From positions 3,658,001 to 3,722,000 of the forward strand of contig NC_043015.1 of NCBI RefSeq assembly GCF_006345805.1: a stretch of DNA of 64,000 nt, in the 5' to 3' direction. Shown here piece by piece: positions 14,431 through 30,060 of the stretch. The notes under the pieces were generated by a model that was not told the origin of the DNA, searched no databases, and saw only the letters and a program-made list of their open reading frames with translations. The stretch comes from Octopus sinensis. Its lineage: Eukaryota. Positions within the stretch are counted from its first letter, which is position 1. Each line of letters begins with the position of its first letter. The position numbers were made by a program, and so were the translations under genes.

Positions 14431-15429
14431 CAGATAAATATGCATTTAAGTGGCTGGTTATAATTGTTTATGAATTTACCACTTATTACCAACATAAGGA
14501 AGAGACATTCCGCATTAGCCGTTAATGCTGCCCCTGAAGTATCGGTTTAAAGGCTTAGACTGATTGGCAGCGCATAACACAACAAAGACGATGCATGCCT
14601 CCCTATCACAAAATATTGAATATTTATTATGGAAAAAAATGCGGACGTTTGCTACAATGAATATGTGTATGTGCGCATGTGTATATGTGTGAGTGAATGA
14701 GAATGTAAGCCTGCGTGCGTGGCTGTGTATTTATGTTTGTGTATACACATATATATAGCGTGCTTATTTGCATTGTGCGAGTTTAGATATAATTGCATTT
14801 CATACTATAGCCTTGGACATAAAACCGACAGTTATACTGTCAAACTGTGAACCTATATATGACTTTGTTCACGTTTCTCTATATAGAACCTCAATTTGTT
14901 TCTATCTTTCCTTCTGAAAAATAACAAGGTTTAACAAAGAAATTCTAAATAACACGTGATGCAGTACAACATTGCGGACTTGATAATGTCAAATATGCAA
15001 ATAGGAAAAGAAGATATGAAACAAATATGTGAAACTAATACCCAAACGCATGGTAAAAAATATTATGGAAGTTAACTATTTTTATGAAGCACAGTTTCTA
15101 AGAAAACAAACATACAACTCATAGTAGAATACATGTAAAAATGTGCTTACATATACATTTCTAGTATACATTCATTTTATCATTCTTGATATACGTACAG
15201 CATAGCCACAATTCTTAGCCATGTTCTTTTTTCTCGAATGCGTATATTCATTTTGGATATCGTCAATACATTTTTGTTACATATCTGTCTGAAAAAAATG
15301 TATGAAAATATAAAGTAAAGACAATTTTGGGGGTTATTTATCCTTAAATTCGCCTTTGCCATCCACCGATTTAGACGAACCTATCTATTTTGAAATGAAA
15401 TTACCAGTCGATAACATCTTCGCACCTCT

Positions 15430-15540
15430 TGACTGGGGCTTCAATTTATCGACACTGGGAATGTGTGTAAAATTTTGACAATGGTAACTTTTGAACTCAG
15501 AATGTAAAGAGCTGGGGAAAAGAACCACAAAACCTATTTG
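15430..15540 (-). mobile_element. Degraded SINE fragment (2588-2820 family)
   Basis: caatttatcgacac ... tttgaactcagaatgtaaag matches the family's central and B-box segment. Confidence 0.5.
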
Positions 15541-18053
15541 CAAGACTCTAAAGATCCCGTTGACATATTTTCATGTGCTATATGATTCCTAATGGAGAAC
15601 CATCTGCAGGTGTCATAATTGTCAATATTGAGAAACGTTAATAAAAGAAAAGTTTCTGTCATTATATATGATTGTATGGAGAGAAAACATTTCCGTTACG
15701 TGATGTAGATATGATCGAACGGAAATCAAAATCAGGGCCACACTGAATATGTAAATATTTAAAATATATCAATGTGTATCATTGATGTATTTTAAATTCT
15801 GAGTGCAAATCTGTAACGGTGAAATCTAAGCATTTCATCACTTCCTAGAGTAATTAGTAACAGAATCGATAAAAAAGAATCATGCTATAATTAGCAACAG
15901 AATCAATAATAAGAATCATATTATTAGTTACAAAAATCAGATTTCATTATATTTGTTCATTGACATCATGATTAATATTCAGTTGAAAACAAAGAAAATA
16001 AATACGAAAGTCAATATTAATCAAAATGTTAATGAACAAATACGATAAAATGTAATTTTATTATCGACCCGTGTACTAAGTATAATATCGCATCTAAAAC
16101 GTAAGAAACCCCAACTGACTGATAGAGATTTTCAAAATTCTGGAAATATCGGGAAGTAAAATATCGGAAATAAAGAAGATAAAAATCTTATTCGACAAGA
16201 TGATATCATCTACAATCTCCTATAACTAATTCTTGCATAGACGTAAGGTGCGAAATATTTAAAGAAATATTTCTCGATAAAATAATCGCAAGAACAGGGA
16301 CATTTTGAGATTAAATTTTAAGATAAGCAGATGGTATTGAAATGCCAATGAATAGCTGTATCTACTTTTTACTGTTCAGGGTACACCCATTTTATGCTTG
16401 CACATAAAAATTTAAATCTTAGTAGATTAAGAAAAAATAGGTGGTGAGATGTTTTCAGAAAGTTGTAAATATTGGTGGACAAAAAGAAATGATACGGAAA
16501 ACGTCACAGTTTTGGCGATTGAAAATATGACAGGAAATAATATCTATTTTTATTTTATCGTACAGGATAATTTTTGCAATAGAGGAAATGGTATTCCCAG
16601 ATTATTAATAAAGGTCGATATATAAATTGTTAGAGTTTAATGCTTTCTTGCATGTAATATTATTACCTTATGAATATTTCACAGAATTTTCAAAAGTGAT
16701 GTGGCTGTGACGGAGAGAAGTACTGTCGAAGATTTGTGAAGCGTACAGCACTTCATAGTCAAGTATTCCGATCGGTGTTTGCAGGAAATACCATGTTAGG
16801 TGTGGTAGAATAGTCAGTATATAAATAAATGATAAATACATAAATTGAGAACAACAGTAAAAAACATTCTCTAATGCCAATATATAGATTAAGAAAGTAT
16901 AGATGACCCTACACACAAGTAGCTATGTACATAAAAGCAATTAGCGAAAAACCCGTGTAAACCACAGTCTTCCCAGTTTCTCCATATGTACGGGATTCTG
17001 GGCAAAATATTATAGTGCAAGATCATTCTTGACTTATAAGTAATATGTGTGTAAAGTTTGGTGAAAATAGGTCCAGAATTGTATTACTATATGCGCTACT
17101 CAATATACATACATATATTATGATTTATATATACTACATAATTGTTTATAATGTTAACGAATATAAATCGACGCGGTTCATTAATATGCGATACAATTCG
17201 GGTGTGTAAAGATAGAGGATCTCTTATAAATGCGATAAAAAGGCAACAGAATCTGGAAATTCAGCCTAATAACAAAGATAAATTATTGCAATTCACCGTA
17301 GTTAACGTACACATTATGTTAATCGAAAATAATTAAGGCACAGATAATTTGCATTTTCAAAGACGGCTCTTCCATTTTTGGAATATGGACACTGTTATAT
17401 ATCTGTATTTCTGAAAAGAATATTATGAGAAAATATAAAATTATTACATCTTGTCGTAGAGGGGAAAAGGAGAGTTTCAATCACGTAAATAATTGATGAT
17501 CTGAAAAAATATAGTCTAGTTGTCTATTCCTCAGTTTACCTGTCCCACTGAATTTACCGTTTCCGTTATTAAAAAAGTAGTACTAACCTTACTTAAAAGT
17601 AACGAGAAATTTAATTATAATAAACATTATATTCAACGCATTATGAGTTACGCAAATACCATTTCTTTACGTATTTACTAGTTGATTGATTTGAGTGACC
17701 TGAGAGGAGTAAGTGTTTCAATGCTGACTGTCGGTTACAAGGAAACAAATAATTCTTCAGTATAGTGTCGGTTGTTATCGATACTATATGCATCAAAGAG
17801 CTGATAAACACCTCTATATATAAATATATTTAACAGTATATACTATAAGGTGAATTCATTAGATTGTATTTAGTTGAATAATATCAGTAAATATCAAAGG
17901 CATGTCAGCTTATCTCAGTATTATGCAAGTTTTCACGCCGTTGGCGCACAAATTCAGTTTTCAATCTTGCAATGAGCAATATAACACAGCGTTCAAAAAA
18001 CTGATTTGCAAAGTGATTACGGTCTCACAAGTTTAGCTGATCAGCTACAAATA

Positions 18054-18085
<32 letters not shown>

Positions 18086-18223
18086 GGTGTGTGCATGTGT
18101 GCTTTAAGATTAAATAGCATTTAACTTGAAGTAGAGTAATTAAAAATGCCTAAGTTGACAAAGACTTCATGATTTTTGATAGATTGACTTAACCATTACC
18201 ATATCTTTGGCAGAACCTAGCCT

Positions 18224-18454
18224 ATTTTTGTTTTTGTTTTTTGTTTTTCCAGTTTCAGCTCTTGAGCTGTGGCCATGCTGGGGCACCGCCATTGTAGAGA
18301 AAGAGTACAGCAGGGATCACCACCCCCTGCCGGAGCCTCGTAGAGCTTTTAGGTGTTTTCGCTCAATAAACACACACAACGCCCAGTCTGAGAATCGAAA
18401 CCGCGATCCTGCGACCGCGAGTCCGCTGCCCTAACCACTAGGCCATTGCGCCTC
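18224..18454 (-). mobile_element. tRNA-derived SINE with the same head as 38625-39005 but a different tail
   Basis: Minus strand GGCGCAATGGCCTAGTGGTTAGGGCAGCGGACTCGCGGTCGCAGGATCGCGGTTTCGATTC has A and B boxes and matches 38625-38780; it then switches to tggcggtgccccagcatggccacagc ... gctgaaac and an A-rich tail. Confidence 0.85.
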
Positions 18455-19119
18455 TACCTATCTATAGAAATTTTAGAAAATCGCAACAACAACCAAAGCT
18501 GCGCTCCTGCTGGAAATCGTTATCAACTTGAATGTAAAGTTAGTTTTCATCTCTCTACACCAAAGTTCATTATTTTCTTTTAAATGCATTAACATTATGT
18601 TCCAAGAATCTGCATATGAAAAAATGGCTTGATTCTATGAAAAACAAAACCAAAAATAATAATTCCTCTTTTCGTTTTGTTTTTCATTTATTAGTATGCT
18701 GAAGTTAAACTTGAGATTTTAATACCTATGATATTCATACACTTTCTGTTGGATATGCTTTAGAGTTCAGTAAGCTGTCTGTCATTATATATCATACGGC
18801 TACGTTTAAAATATCAGAATATAACGTTTAATTCCATTACTGAGGAAGAAGTAATGTTTGACATATATAGATTGTAAAACACACGTATATCTTTATATAC
18901 TTGTGCTTACATGCGTATGCCTGTGTGTGTTGATGGATGAAAGTGTGCATAGATTGAGAGAGAATAGATGAGAAGAAAACGAAAAGTGTTGCACTATACA
19001 ACGCAAAATGCTTTCTGGAAATAGAACGCCATTTTCTAATTGAAATATATAAAATGCAAGGAAAATTTCAACGTGTGAAATAATTCTTTTTTGCATGTAA
19101 CTATTATGTAGCTCCATAG

Positions 19120-21120
<2,001 letters not shown>

Positions 21121-22080
21121 ATCAATATATGAGCCTGTATATTTTTTGGCTTATATATATATATATAAGTATATGAGTATTTCTTGCATTTTTTTAAGTT
21201 TCTCATTTATTCTATGAGACCTGTTTTCAATACGATGCAAGTTGCACCTAAAACTAAGTGGAGACAAGAAGAAATTTTTTATATATGTGGCTCTCTATGA
21301 ATGCATGTATGGATACCTGTACATATATGTGTTTAAAAATATACGACTTTGCGTATTGAAGATGTAATTATGTATGTGGATATAAAAGAACATTTAAGCC
21401 AAATAGTTATACTGTCCGATATAGATGAATTTTTAAATGAACAATGACACTAAGACCACTTGTCTGAGAAATTCTTTGAAATTACAGGATCTTTTTAGGC
21501 TTCCCTCGTGAAGGTTTCTAACTATATCCTCGTCAAATTAGACATGATATTATTTATGTTCATTGATATGCACTCTTTCTTTTGAGAACCACATGTATTT
21601 CTGTATGAATTCCAAAAGTAATGAAATATTCATACAACTTTTCTTTTTTAGTATATAATTTTTGCCTCTATCTATCCAAAACTATAAGAAAAGAATAAAT
21701 GCTTTTGCTATCCTACCTCAGTAATGTAATTTAAACATTTATAAAGACAGAAATAAAGTACTACGATCAATATAAAAAAATAATAAAATAAAACTACGCT
21801 ATTTAATTCAGTTTGAAGATTTCCAAAGCTACAATTATTTAAAACAAAATATATGTAGGGAAATAGACATCGGAAAAATGCGCTATTGTAGATCTGTCAT
21901 TCTCCCACACATACCCACACGAACACAAACACACCCCCTTTTTTATTATATATTTATGACCACGTGAATAACGTTGATGATAGTCTTAATAAAAGGTAAA
22001 CGGACGCTGTAAAGAAAAATGTTCACGTTCATTATCTGTGTTGTACACATGTAAAATAATCTTAATATTTAATCCAGAGA

Positions 22081-22712
22081 GGGCGGTGAGCGAGCAGGAT
22101 TGCTAGCACACGGGGCGAAATGCTTCGCGGTATTTCGTTTGCCGCTACGTTCTGAATTCAAATTCCGGCGGGGTCGTCTTTGCCTTTCACCCGTTCGGGT
22201 TCGATTAAATAAGTACCAGTTACGCACTAGGGTCGATATAATCGAGTTAATCAGTTTTTCTGTCCTTGTTTGTCTTCTATGTGTTTAGCCCCTTGTGGGT
22301 AGTAAAGAAATAGGTATTTCATCTGCCGTTACGTTCTGAGTTTAAATTCTGCCGAGGTCGTCTTTGCCTTTCATCCTTTCGGGGTCGATAAATTAATTTC
22401 CAGTTACGCACTGGGGTCGATGTAATCGACTGACTGCTTCTGTCTGTCCTTGTTTGTCCCCTCTATGCTTAGCCCCTTATGGACAATAAATAAATGAGAA
22501 TCGTTAACACGCCGGGCGAAATTCTTGGCAGTATTTCATCTACCGCTACGTTCAGAGTTCAAATTCCGCCGAGGTCGAAATTGCCTTCCATCCTTTCGTA
22601 GTGTATTAAATAGTACTAATTAGACACTAGGGTCGATGTAAGCGACTTAAACTATTTGCCTGTCCTTGTTTGTCCCTTCTATGATTAGCCCCCTGTAGGC
22701 AATAAAGAAATA
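22081..22712 (+). mobile_element. Head-to-tail trimer of the tRNA-derived SINE (2588-2820 family)
   Basis: Units at about 22081-22312, 22313-22495 and 22496-22712, each with gttctgagttcaaattcc ... gtcga ... tgtccttgtttgtc ... agcccc ... taaagaaata or close variants. Confidence 0.9.
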
Positions 22713-23924
22713 AATATTTAGTCCTGAGAAATAGCGTAGCGAATGATAATATTCATTCCTGTTTTAATTTACATATATAGATAAGTTTTCCTGGATAATT
22801 ACAGATACACTTCAACTTATTCATTGTGAAACCGCTTTGCAAATACTATTGATTCACGTCTAACAGATACATTGATGCATTAGTATTAATAAGTTACCCC
22901 ACGCCTTCTAGAGTGTTCATAGAAGCATTTATTATATTGTGTATAAGATCTACTTCCATTTCCTCAAACTTAGGTCACTCCCATCTTACCTTTTACAAAT
23001 TTCTTGCAAAATTACTTTGCATCCATTTTGAGCACCTCGTTTTGTCGATAAAATTTGATTCTTTTATCGACAAAACGAGAGCCACAAAATGGACGTCTAA
23101 GCCGTTGGGCATTCAGTTGTATTAGTTGTTTCAATTGTTCCTTGATTGCAGGGAGGTTTATAAAATCTTTGATTTCATATTTATGCTTCATTTTTCACGC
23201 TCATTTCCTTTTAACATTTACTCTTCTAGCTATTTCATCGAGAACTAACACATCCACTCGCAGAGATTTGACCTCCTTTTATATTGATACTTTCCACATA
23301 GGAGGTCTTTATTTTTTACATGGCTGGTCTTTTTCTGTGTCGTCCTGATACGTAGTTGAGCAGTTACAAATTTAGCAATTGAATAGATTGAGTTATTTAA
23401 GGTTTTTACATCGTTTCCCTTATTTCTTAAGATCTGTTAAATGGCAACATTATATAACATGATTATGTTATTGATTTTATGCTGTTTGGAAAATTTGCCT
23501 GTGGTTCTCTATTGGTGATGTCACTAGATCCAGTCTTACTAAGTTCTCTGATAATATCTTCCCTTACTTCTATGATCTTCTCTTTATTATTCATCTCAAA
23601 TTATGTGTCATAACTATTCTTGTGTTCTTGAGGTAGGTCTACTTCCACTTCGATTTTTGTATATCTGTTCTTTGCTGTTATTTCTTCAGCTTTCGCATTG
23701 GGATGTACTTCTCGTACACGTGGTTCTGTTCATCGGTTACATATTTCATCTGTTTTATTACTGTTTCTATTTCCTCTACTATGAGATATATATATGTTCT
23801 AATTTGGCTAATTTCAACGTTTGTTGACGTTTTTATTCTTAGCCGTGGATCTACGTTTATTTGCATCTATATATCTGAGTATTTTATTATCTACTAAGTT
23901 TCCTTTGGAAATGTAAATTTGTAC

Positions 23925-23932
23925 TTGTTGTT

Positions 23933-23963
<31 letters not shown>

Positions 23964-24257
23964 TTATTTTTATTATTGCCTTTCGCACACCTATAATATC
24001 GCCATTAGATTTTTTGTCTTCTTCCAAACCAGTAACAAATTAAAAGAGTAAAAGCGAAGCATTTCATTCATCTTTATGTTCTGAGTTCAAATTCTGTCGA
24101 GGTCTAGTGGGCGTATCATCCTTTCTTTTTAGTTCAATAAAATAGGTATCATTGATCGCTGGTGTCCATATAATCGATTTACACTTTCATAGAAATTGCG
24201 GCCACTTGCCCAAAAGTTGGAAATCGTTATCATGTGTTGTTGTTACGGCTGTTGGCC

Positions 24258-24344
<87 letters not shown>

Positions 24345-24370
24345 TATTATTATTATTATTATTATTATCA
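23925..24370. repeat. (ATT)n tracts at 23925-23975 and 24259-24370
   Basis: Directly visible. Confidence 0.95.
24055..24230 (+). mobile_element. Degraded SINE copy (2588-2820 family, alternative tail)
   Basis: gttctgagttcaaattctgtcgaggtc ... taatcgattt ... gaaattgcggccacttgcccaaaagttggaaatc. Confidence 0.6.
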
Positions 24371-25469
24371 TTCTTCCTTTTAGTAGCCGTTGTAGTATTG
24401 GTATAAATGATAGCTGCACTGTAGTGTATCATAAATATAAAGTAAAATATTTCAACTGAAGCATTAAAAAATGTTTTGTAGTATATTAACAACAACATTA
24501 GGGAGCATATAATATAATTGTATTAACAATAGCATAATCTTTAGGAGAAGTATTTATAGTAAATTTCATGCTATTGATAGAAACCGTGGTTTGTTTTTGC
24601 GCAAACTCAAATATTCTTAGTTGACTGGATAGGTTTATCACCATTCCCAGTAGACATGACATACTTTTCAAGAATTCGGTAGTATTGATTCTTACTAAGT
24701 AAATGATACAATGTATTCTGATACATTTAATTCCTGACAGTGGCCAAAATGAAAGAATCTTTACATTAGAGCAACGAGTCCCAAGGGCCACAACTAAATT
24801 ATAAAGAATTTATGGCAGCTGTTATTTAACATTAACGAGATAATGTAAATATAAAAAGGCAAAAAGGAGCTTAGGTTAAGACTTAAAATAATGCATTACG
24901 CTGATTACGAGCATTGTGTTTACGGCCTTGACATTTCAATAGTATATTTACAACTGATATAAGGTAAGGTGTGTAAATAGTGGGAAACTGGAACATTTAT
25001 TTTTGAAGACTGTTGACAGTGTTGAGAGTAATTTTAGTAGAAAAAATAAAAGCGGCACATTTTTTTTCTGAGGAAACCAAATTCAATAACAAATTTCGCA
25101 GTATTGTTGGGTATCTACAGACGTGCTTCCGGCTCACTTAGACTCTCTTTCAATCTATGTTACTGAATCCCTTTCGTAACATACTGACGATTACAAACAT
25201 AGACAAACAAATGTGCAAGTTCATGCGTACACACACAGGTTTTGTACATACGCGACTCCATATGTACATGCTTGTGTATAAATAAATATACATGACTGTG
25301 CGTATCACATTCGAGGTATGTGCAATGATATCCTGTAAATGAGGATATAGACAAATACATAGTTACTAAATATTTAGAGAGTTTTAAAAAGTGAGGCATT
25401 TTAGGAACTGCTTCCGCGAGTGCTTGTATGCGCGAGCAAATATCTTTTCATCTATATTTACGATAGATT

Positions 25470-25690
25470 GTTAGGCACTACATACATTATTTTCTCCCCC
25501 TTTTTCTCTCCTTGTTTCTCTCTTTGTTTTTTGCTGCGTCCCTTTCCGTAGAAGAGCATAGGCTCGAAATGTAAAATACTGTTTTCTATTCCTAAGCGTT
25601 ATACTAATACATCTGTTGTTTCGTACACCACCTGTCTTCGTGGTTTTTTTTTCCGTAACCTCTCTCTCTCTCTCTCTCCATATATATATA
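25470..25690 (+). mobile_element. Penelope-type terminal (pLTR-like) fragment with a degenerate minimal hammerhead motif at 25543-25576
   Basis: TTT CCGTAGA A GAGC atag GCTC GAA ATGT A AAA. Homologous to 35690-35880 on the minus strand; ends at (CT)n(AT)n. Confidence 0.6.
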
Positions 25691-26234
25691 GTATTTATAT
25701 TATTTATATTATTATATGATTGATTGCCACGTATACTCTTCCAAGTAAGTTTTATCTTAATTCTGAGGCGCACTCTATACGATCTTTTTACACTTTCGTT
25801 TTTCTCACTTTCTATCTCTTATTCTTTTGCCTCATGTTCTCCCACAAATCTGTCCTATTACTCTGTCACTCTCTCTCTCCCTCACTCCTCCTTCCTTGCT
25901 CACGTCGCTTACACGTGAACATCTACCATCATTCTTCTCTTGTGTTTCTTTCTTTCTCTCCGTTGTAGCTGTAACAAGGAACGCGTGTTCTTGTCTGTCT
26001 CCTGTCCTAGCTTGATTTACGCGTTCGCCACCACAACCTTGCTTAGGCTTAGCAGCCCTTCCTGTTTTTTCACTGTCCTTTATGTGTTTCCAATTTTCAC
26101 CGTCCGCAAAACCACAATTTTTATTTAATTTGCTCTGCAGGACAATTGTTTTATCGAAAGCGTATGTTGTTTGTAAATGCCGGATATACGAGCGTAGAAA
26201 GTAATTTTGCGTGACGTTCCTTTGGCTCTAGATA

Positions 26235-27978
26235 TTGGTGGCTTCTATCTCACACAATGATAGTCAGTTCTTAGAAGTAATTCCAGAGAATCGCAGGGAA
26301 AAAGATGTGAAGATCTTCGGTACTGATTCATCGGGGAATGTACGTGATGTAAAATGTAAAATGGCATATGCTTTTGCCTTTGGGGACATTGTTGAAATAA
26401 ATCAGATAATCACAAGGAGGAAAATGCTGACATTTGTGTCATCGATATATGACCCGCTTGAGTTTGTTGGTCCCCAGATATTTGGGGGCAAGTTGATTTT
26501 TCCGGATGCTATTTGTTTGAAAATGATTGGATGAATCAGTTTCTATGGAAGTTTATGCGCAGTTAAACAAATGGTTGGAAACATTGGAGTTTCAAAGTTA
26601 AGTGCAAATTTCGCACTGTATTAAAACCATTGCGTCTTGATAGGGCATATTTTGAATTACATCATTTTTCAGACGCAAGCCCATCAGCCTAAGTTTTTTT
26701 AGCTATATCAGGTGTGTCATAATGTTTGGAAAGATTCATACACAGCTTATCATAACCAAACGTATGGCTGCACCCCCCAAACACCATACCATCCCGCCGC
26801 TGAGACGGGAATATTAAATCAGAATTGGTTGGACATTTTTGAGGTCAGATTCGAAAGTAATTTTGGCTTACATTATTAACGATACAAAATGGTTCAAGGT
26901 ATTTATAGAAAAAGGATTTAGTCTTATCAGACAGGGATCACAACCTGATCAGTGGCATAATGTGTTAAGTAGAAACAATCCTGCGGACATTGTTAGTTGA
27001 GGTATTGTGTTTATCGGGTAAGATAGTGAGTTGTGTTTCGCTGGCTTGTCTTCTTGCGGCAACACAAAACTAATGAATGGCAACCATAGAAGAATAGTGG
27101 GGAATTGTTATTGGATGATATGGAGATCATAAACGACTCAATTAGGATATGCAATGCTCTTCAGATAGTTACTATGAATCTATAGATAGGGTCATGGAAC
27201 CTTATTCAGGCTGCGGCGGGATTAAACGTACTTTAGCATGATTGCTTCGATTTGAAAAAAAGGGCGAAAATGGATGAGTCAAACAGGGAGCTTTATTTGT
27301 GGACAAAGTACAGCGTGCAAACTTATCTCTGATCATGATAGCTCAGCGAATACGTTATGAAGATAGATTATTGGGGAAAATGTATAAGAAAGTCTTGTAC
27401 CCTCAGATCAATCCATAGGTTTCTGGAAAATGTTGATGGTATTCTCAGGGTGGGTGGTTGTGTGGTTGGGTCTACTGTTGAAATTAAATATCATGTTATA
27501 GTGTCAGATACATAGACCATGGCTGAGTGTATTGCTGTTCATTTTCACCGAAAGGCTCATGAAGGGAGTGAATGGGCTTTAGGAATTACCAGACACCGTT
27601 ATTGGATTACAGGTAGTTGATCTATTGTCAAGACGGTTATCCGTTCATGCAGTATTTTTTGGACGTTATTTGCCAGGCCAGCGTCTGAAATTATAGCAAA
27701 TCTCCCTAAGGGGAGAGTTGAATCAGACAGACATACTTTTACATACATAAGTATAGATGTCTTTGGACGTTTCATGTTCAAAGTCAACTGTTCATGTTCA
27801 AAGTCAAGTGTTACGGTTGTATGTTCACATATTTTCTGACGAGAGCAGTACATTTTGGGAACAAAAGGTATGTTGTACTAGGAGTGTTATTGAAGTGTTA
27901 CTGTCTGGTCCTGTTAGACACACTGATGAAATTCTAGAGACACTGTTGGCTGAGTTTGAATTACAGAAAATTATATAA
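26235..27978 (+). mobile_element. Decayed BEL/Pao LTR retrotransposon pol (RT C-term, RNase H, integrase)
   Basis: Motifs in the expected order across frameshifts: TRRKMLTFVSSIYDPL, ELHHFSDAS, SDSKVILAYI, QWHNVLSRNNPADIVS, DGILRVGG, HRKAHEG...RHRYWI...VKTVIRSC, ANLPKGRV...FTYISIDVFG, TDEILETLLAEFE. Confidence 0.9.
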
Positions 27979-28055
27979 GTAAACGAGTATAAATGTTACC
28001 GGTGTGTTAAATTATAAGGCACTAAAAGTGAATGATACTCTACAGGCACAACAAT

Positions 28056-28059
28056 ATAT

Positions 28060-28119
<60 letters not shown>

Positions 28120-28135
28120 TTTATTTATTCATTTA

Positions 28136-28170
<35 letters not shown>

Positions 28171-28242
28171 ATTATATATTTATTCATTTAATATATATAT
28201 ATATTATATATATATTATATATATATTATATATTTATTCATT

Positions 28243-28331
<89 letters not shown>

Positions 28332-28350
28332 ATATATATAATATATATAT

Positions 28351-28397
<47 letters not shown>

Positions 28398-28440
28398 ATA
28401 CATATATGTATACATATATACATATATATTATATGTGTGT
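28056..28440. repeat. Nearly pure A/T low-complexity (TA-derived) tract
   Basis: Directly visible. Confidence 0.95.
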
Positions 28441-28965
28441 GTATACATATATTTAACGTTATATCTTTACACTGAATGTTTACTTCATATCTGACAGGAT
28501 TTGTAATCTCAGATTGTCTTACACACACTTACACGCACGCATATATGTATGTATGCATACGTACGTACATGTATAAGAAATACGGTTACATTCCCATCAT
28601 GTAGCTTCCATTAACTATATGCAGAATGCAAATGCCATGTAAATCCCCATGTATGACAGGTAAATCCAAGGATCATTATGTAGAATTTAATGCAAATGAA
28701 ATACTTCTTGGATTATTAAGGTATGATATAAAATAAAGATATGATTTTTTTTGTGCATAACTAAACCGTTTTGATAAAGTCAAATAAGACAGAAACTATT
28801 CCGCAGATGTTACTTTTTGCTGGGTGGGAATGCTGAGGTCAACGTTCGAAAGTATAAAGATGCAGAAAGTGTTTCTTATAGCCAGGAAGACGTGATGATT
28901 CTTCGAGATGAATCAACAGTAACATCGTCCCTTTAAGGACAGCCATATTACTTTCGCAAATAGCA

Positions 28966-29042
<77 letters not shown>

Positions 29043-29373
29043 TTTATGAGGGGTAAGGGTGTGAATAAGATCCAAATGTGTCAGATAATGCTGAGTAAGT
29101 TCTATGGACAGAAAATAGTTACGTTCCGTGATTAAGCGAATAAGGAGTCCAGCATAGGACATATATCAGCATGTATGTATATATATACTAAGCAATAAAG
29201 GGTTTAGCAACGAATTGCCTTACCACATACCGAATTTAGAAATAGCAGTCAAAGAGTTATAGGTATTTCTTCTACTAAAAAGGGAGATCTCAGTAAAAAC
29301 AGCAATTGGAAGGCAGACACAAACAGGTAAGAGAGAATGAATTGACGGCAATCTATCATACAATTTTAAGTTA

Positions 29374-29473
29374 TCTACGGACGTACGTTTCGAAATCAAG
29401 TTTTTAGGAAAGCATAAGAATTAAATATTAAATAGTTCTACCTTACCAAATCTTCTTTTCTCTTCAGCGTAGA
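29374..29473 (-). ncRNA. Type I hammerhead ribozyme, unit 1
   Basis: Minus strand: stem I TCTACG / CTGAAGA / stem II GAAA...TTTC (long AU-rich hairpin) / GAA / ACGTACGT / C (GUC, predicted cleavage after 29380) / CGTAGA. Confidence 0.85.
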
Positions 29474-29960
29474 ATACTATAATCATAAATGATTATATAT
29501 TGAATTTTGAGATACTAGAAGGCACCAACTCAACTCAGTATCAGAGCGAGCTAGAATCCGCAACTAGTATCACTAAATTCAAAGTGTGAGTGAAAAGATT
29601 GTGTCACCAGCCCCTTCCCACACGCGTGTAGCCAAAACAAGATGCTGTGGTTATCTACTGAGATAAAATATGGTTATCCGTAATAATGAAGGGTGAAATT
29701 AATTAATTGAAATAATTATCAATTACACCAAGTAGTCTTCGGCATGTAAAAGCCTCATTCGAGGAAAATTTAAGTACTAAGCAATAAAGGGTTTAGAAAC
29801 GAATTGCCTTACCACATACCGAATTTAAGAATAGCAGTCAAAGAGTTATAGCTATTTCTTCTACTAAAACGGGAGATCTCAGTAAAAACAGCAATTGGAA
29901 GGCAGACACAAACAGGTAAGAGGATGAATTGACGGCAATCTATCATACAATTTTAAGTTA

Positions 29961-30060
29961 TCTACGGACGTACGTTTCGAAATCAAGTTTTTAGGAAAGC
30001 ATAAGAATTAAATATTAAATAATTCTACCTTACCAAAACTTCGTTTCTCTTCAGCGTAGA
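29961..30060 (-). ncRNA. Type I hammerhead ribozyme, unit 2
   Basis: Same architecture. Stem II extends through AAGTTTT/AAAACTT, GG/CC and AGAATTA/TAATTCT. Predicted GUC cleavage after 29967. Confidence 0.88.

Noticed and set aside
16674-16711. 38-nt segment with good minus-strand acceptor and donor
   Set aside because: Stops in all three frames and no other support.
18390-18454. tRNA-like sequence (also 38625-38690 and 60935-61000)
   Set aside because: These are SINE heads continuing into repeat bodies, with no complete cloverleaf or acceptor stem; not tRNA genes.
22081-22712. Repeat-spacer appearance suggesting a CRISPR array (also 37430-38187 and 29186-30577)
   Set aside because: Whole 185-590-nt units repeat with no unique spacers, no cas genes, and a eukaryotic context.
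25720-26100. Possible LTR upstream of the BEL/Pao remnant
   Set aside because: No second copy, no TG...CA ends and no PBS identified.
29735-29770. Second hammerhead-like motif CTCGAATGA-GGC...GCC-GAAGAC on the minus strand of each unit
   Set aside because: Core deviates at several invariant positions and stems I and III do not form; at most a vestige.
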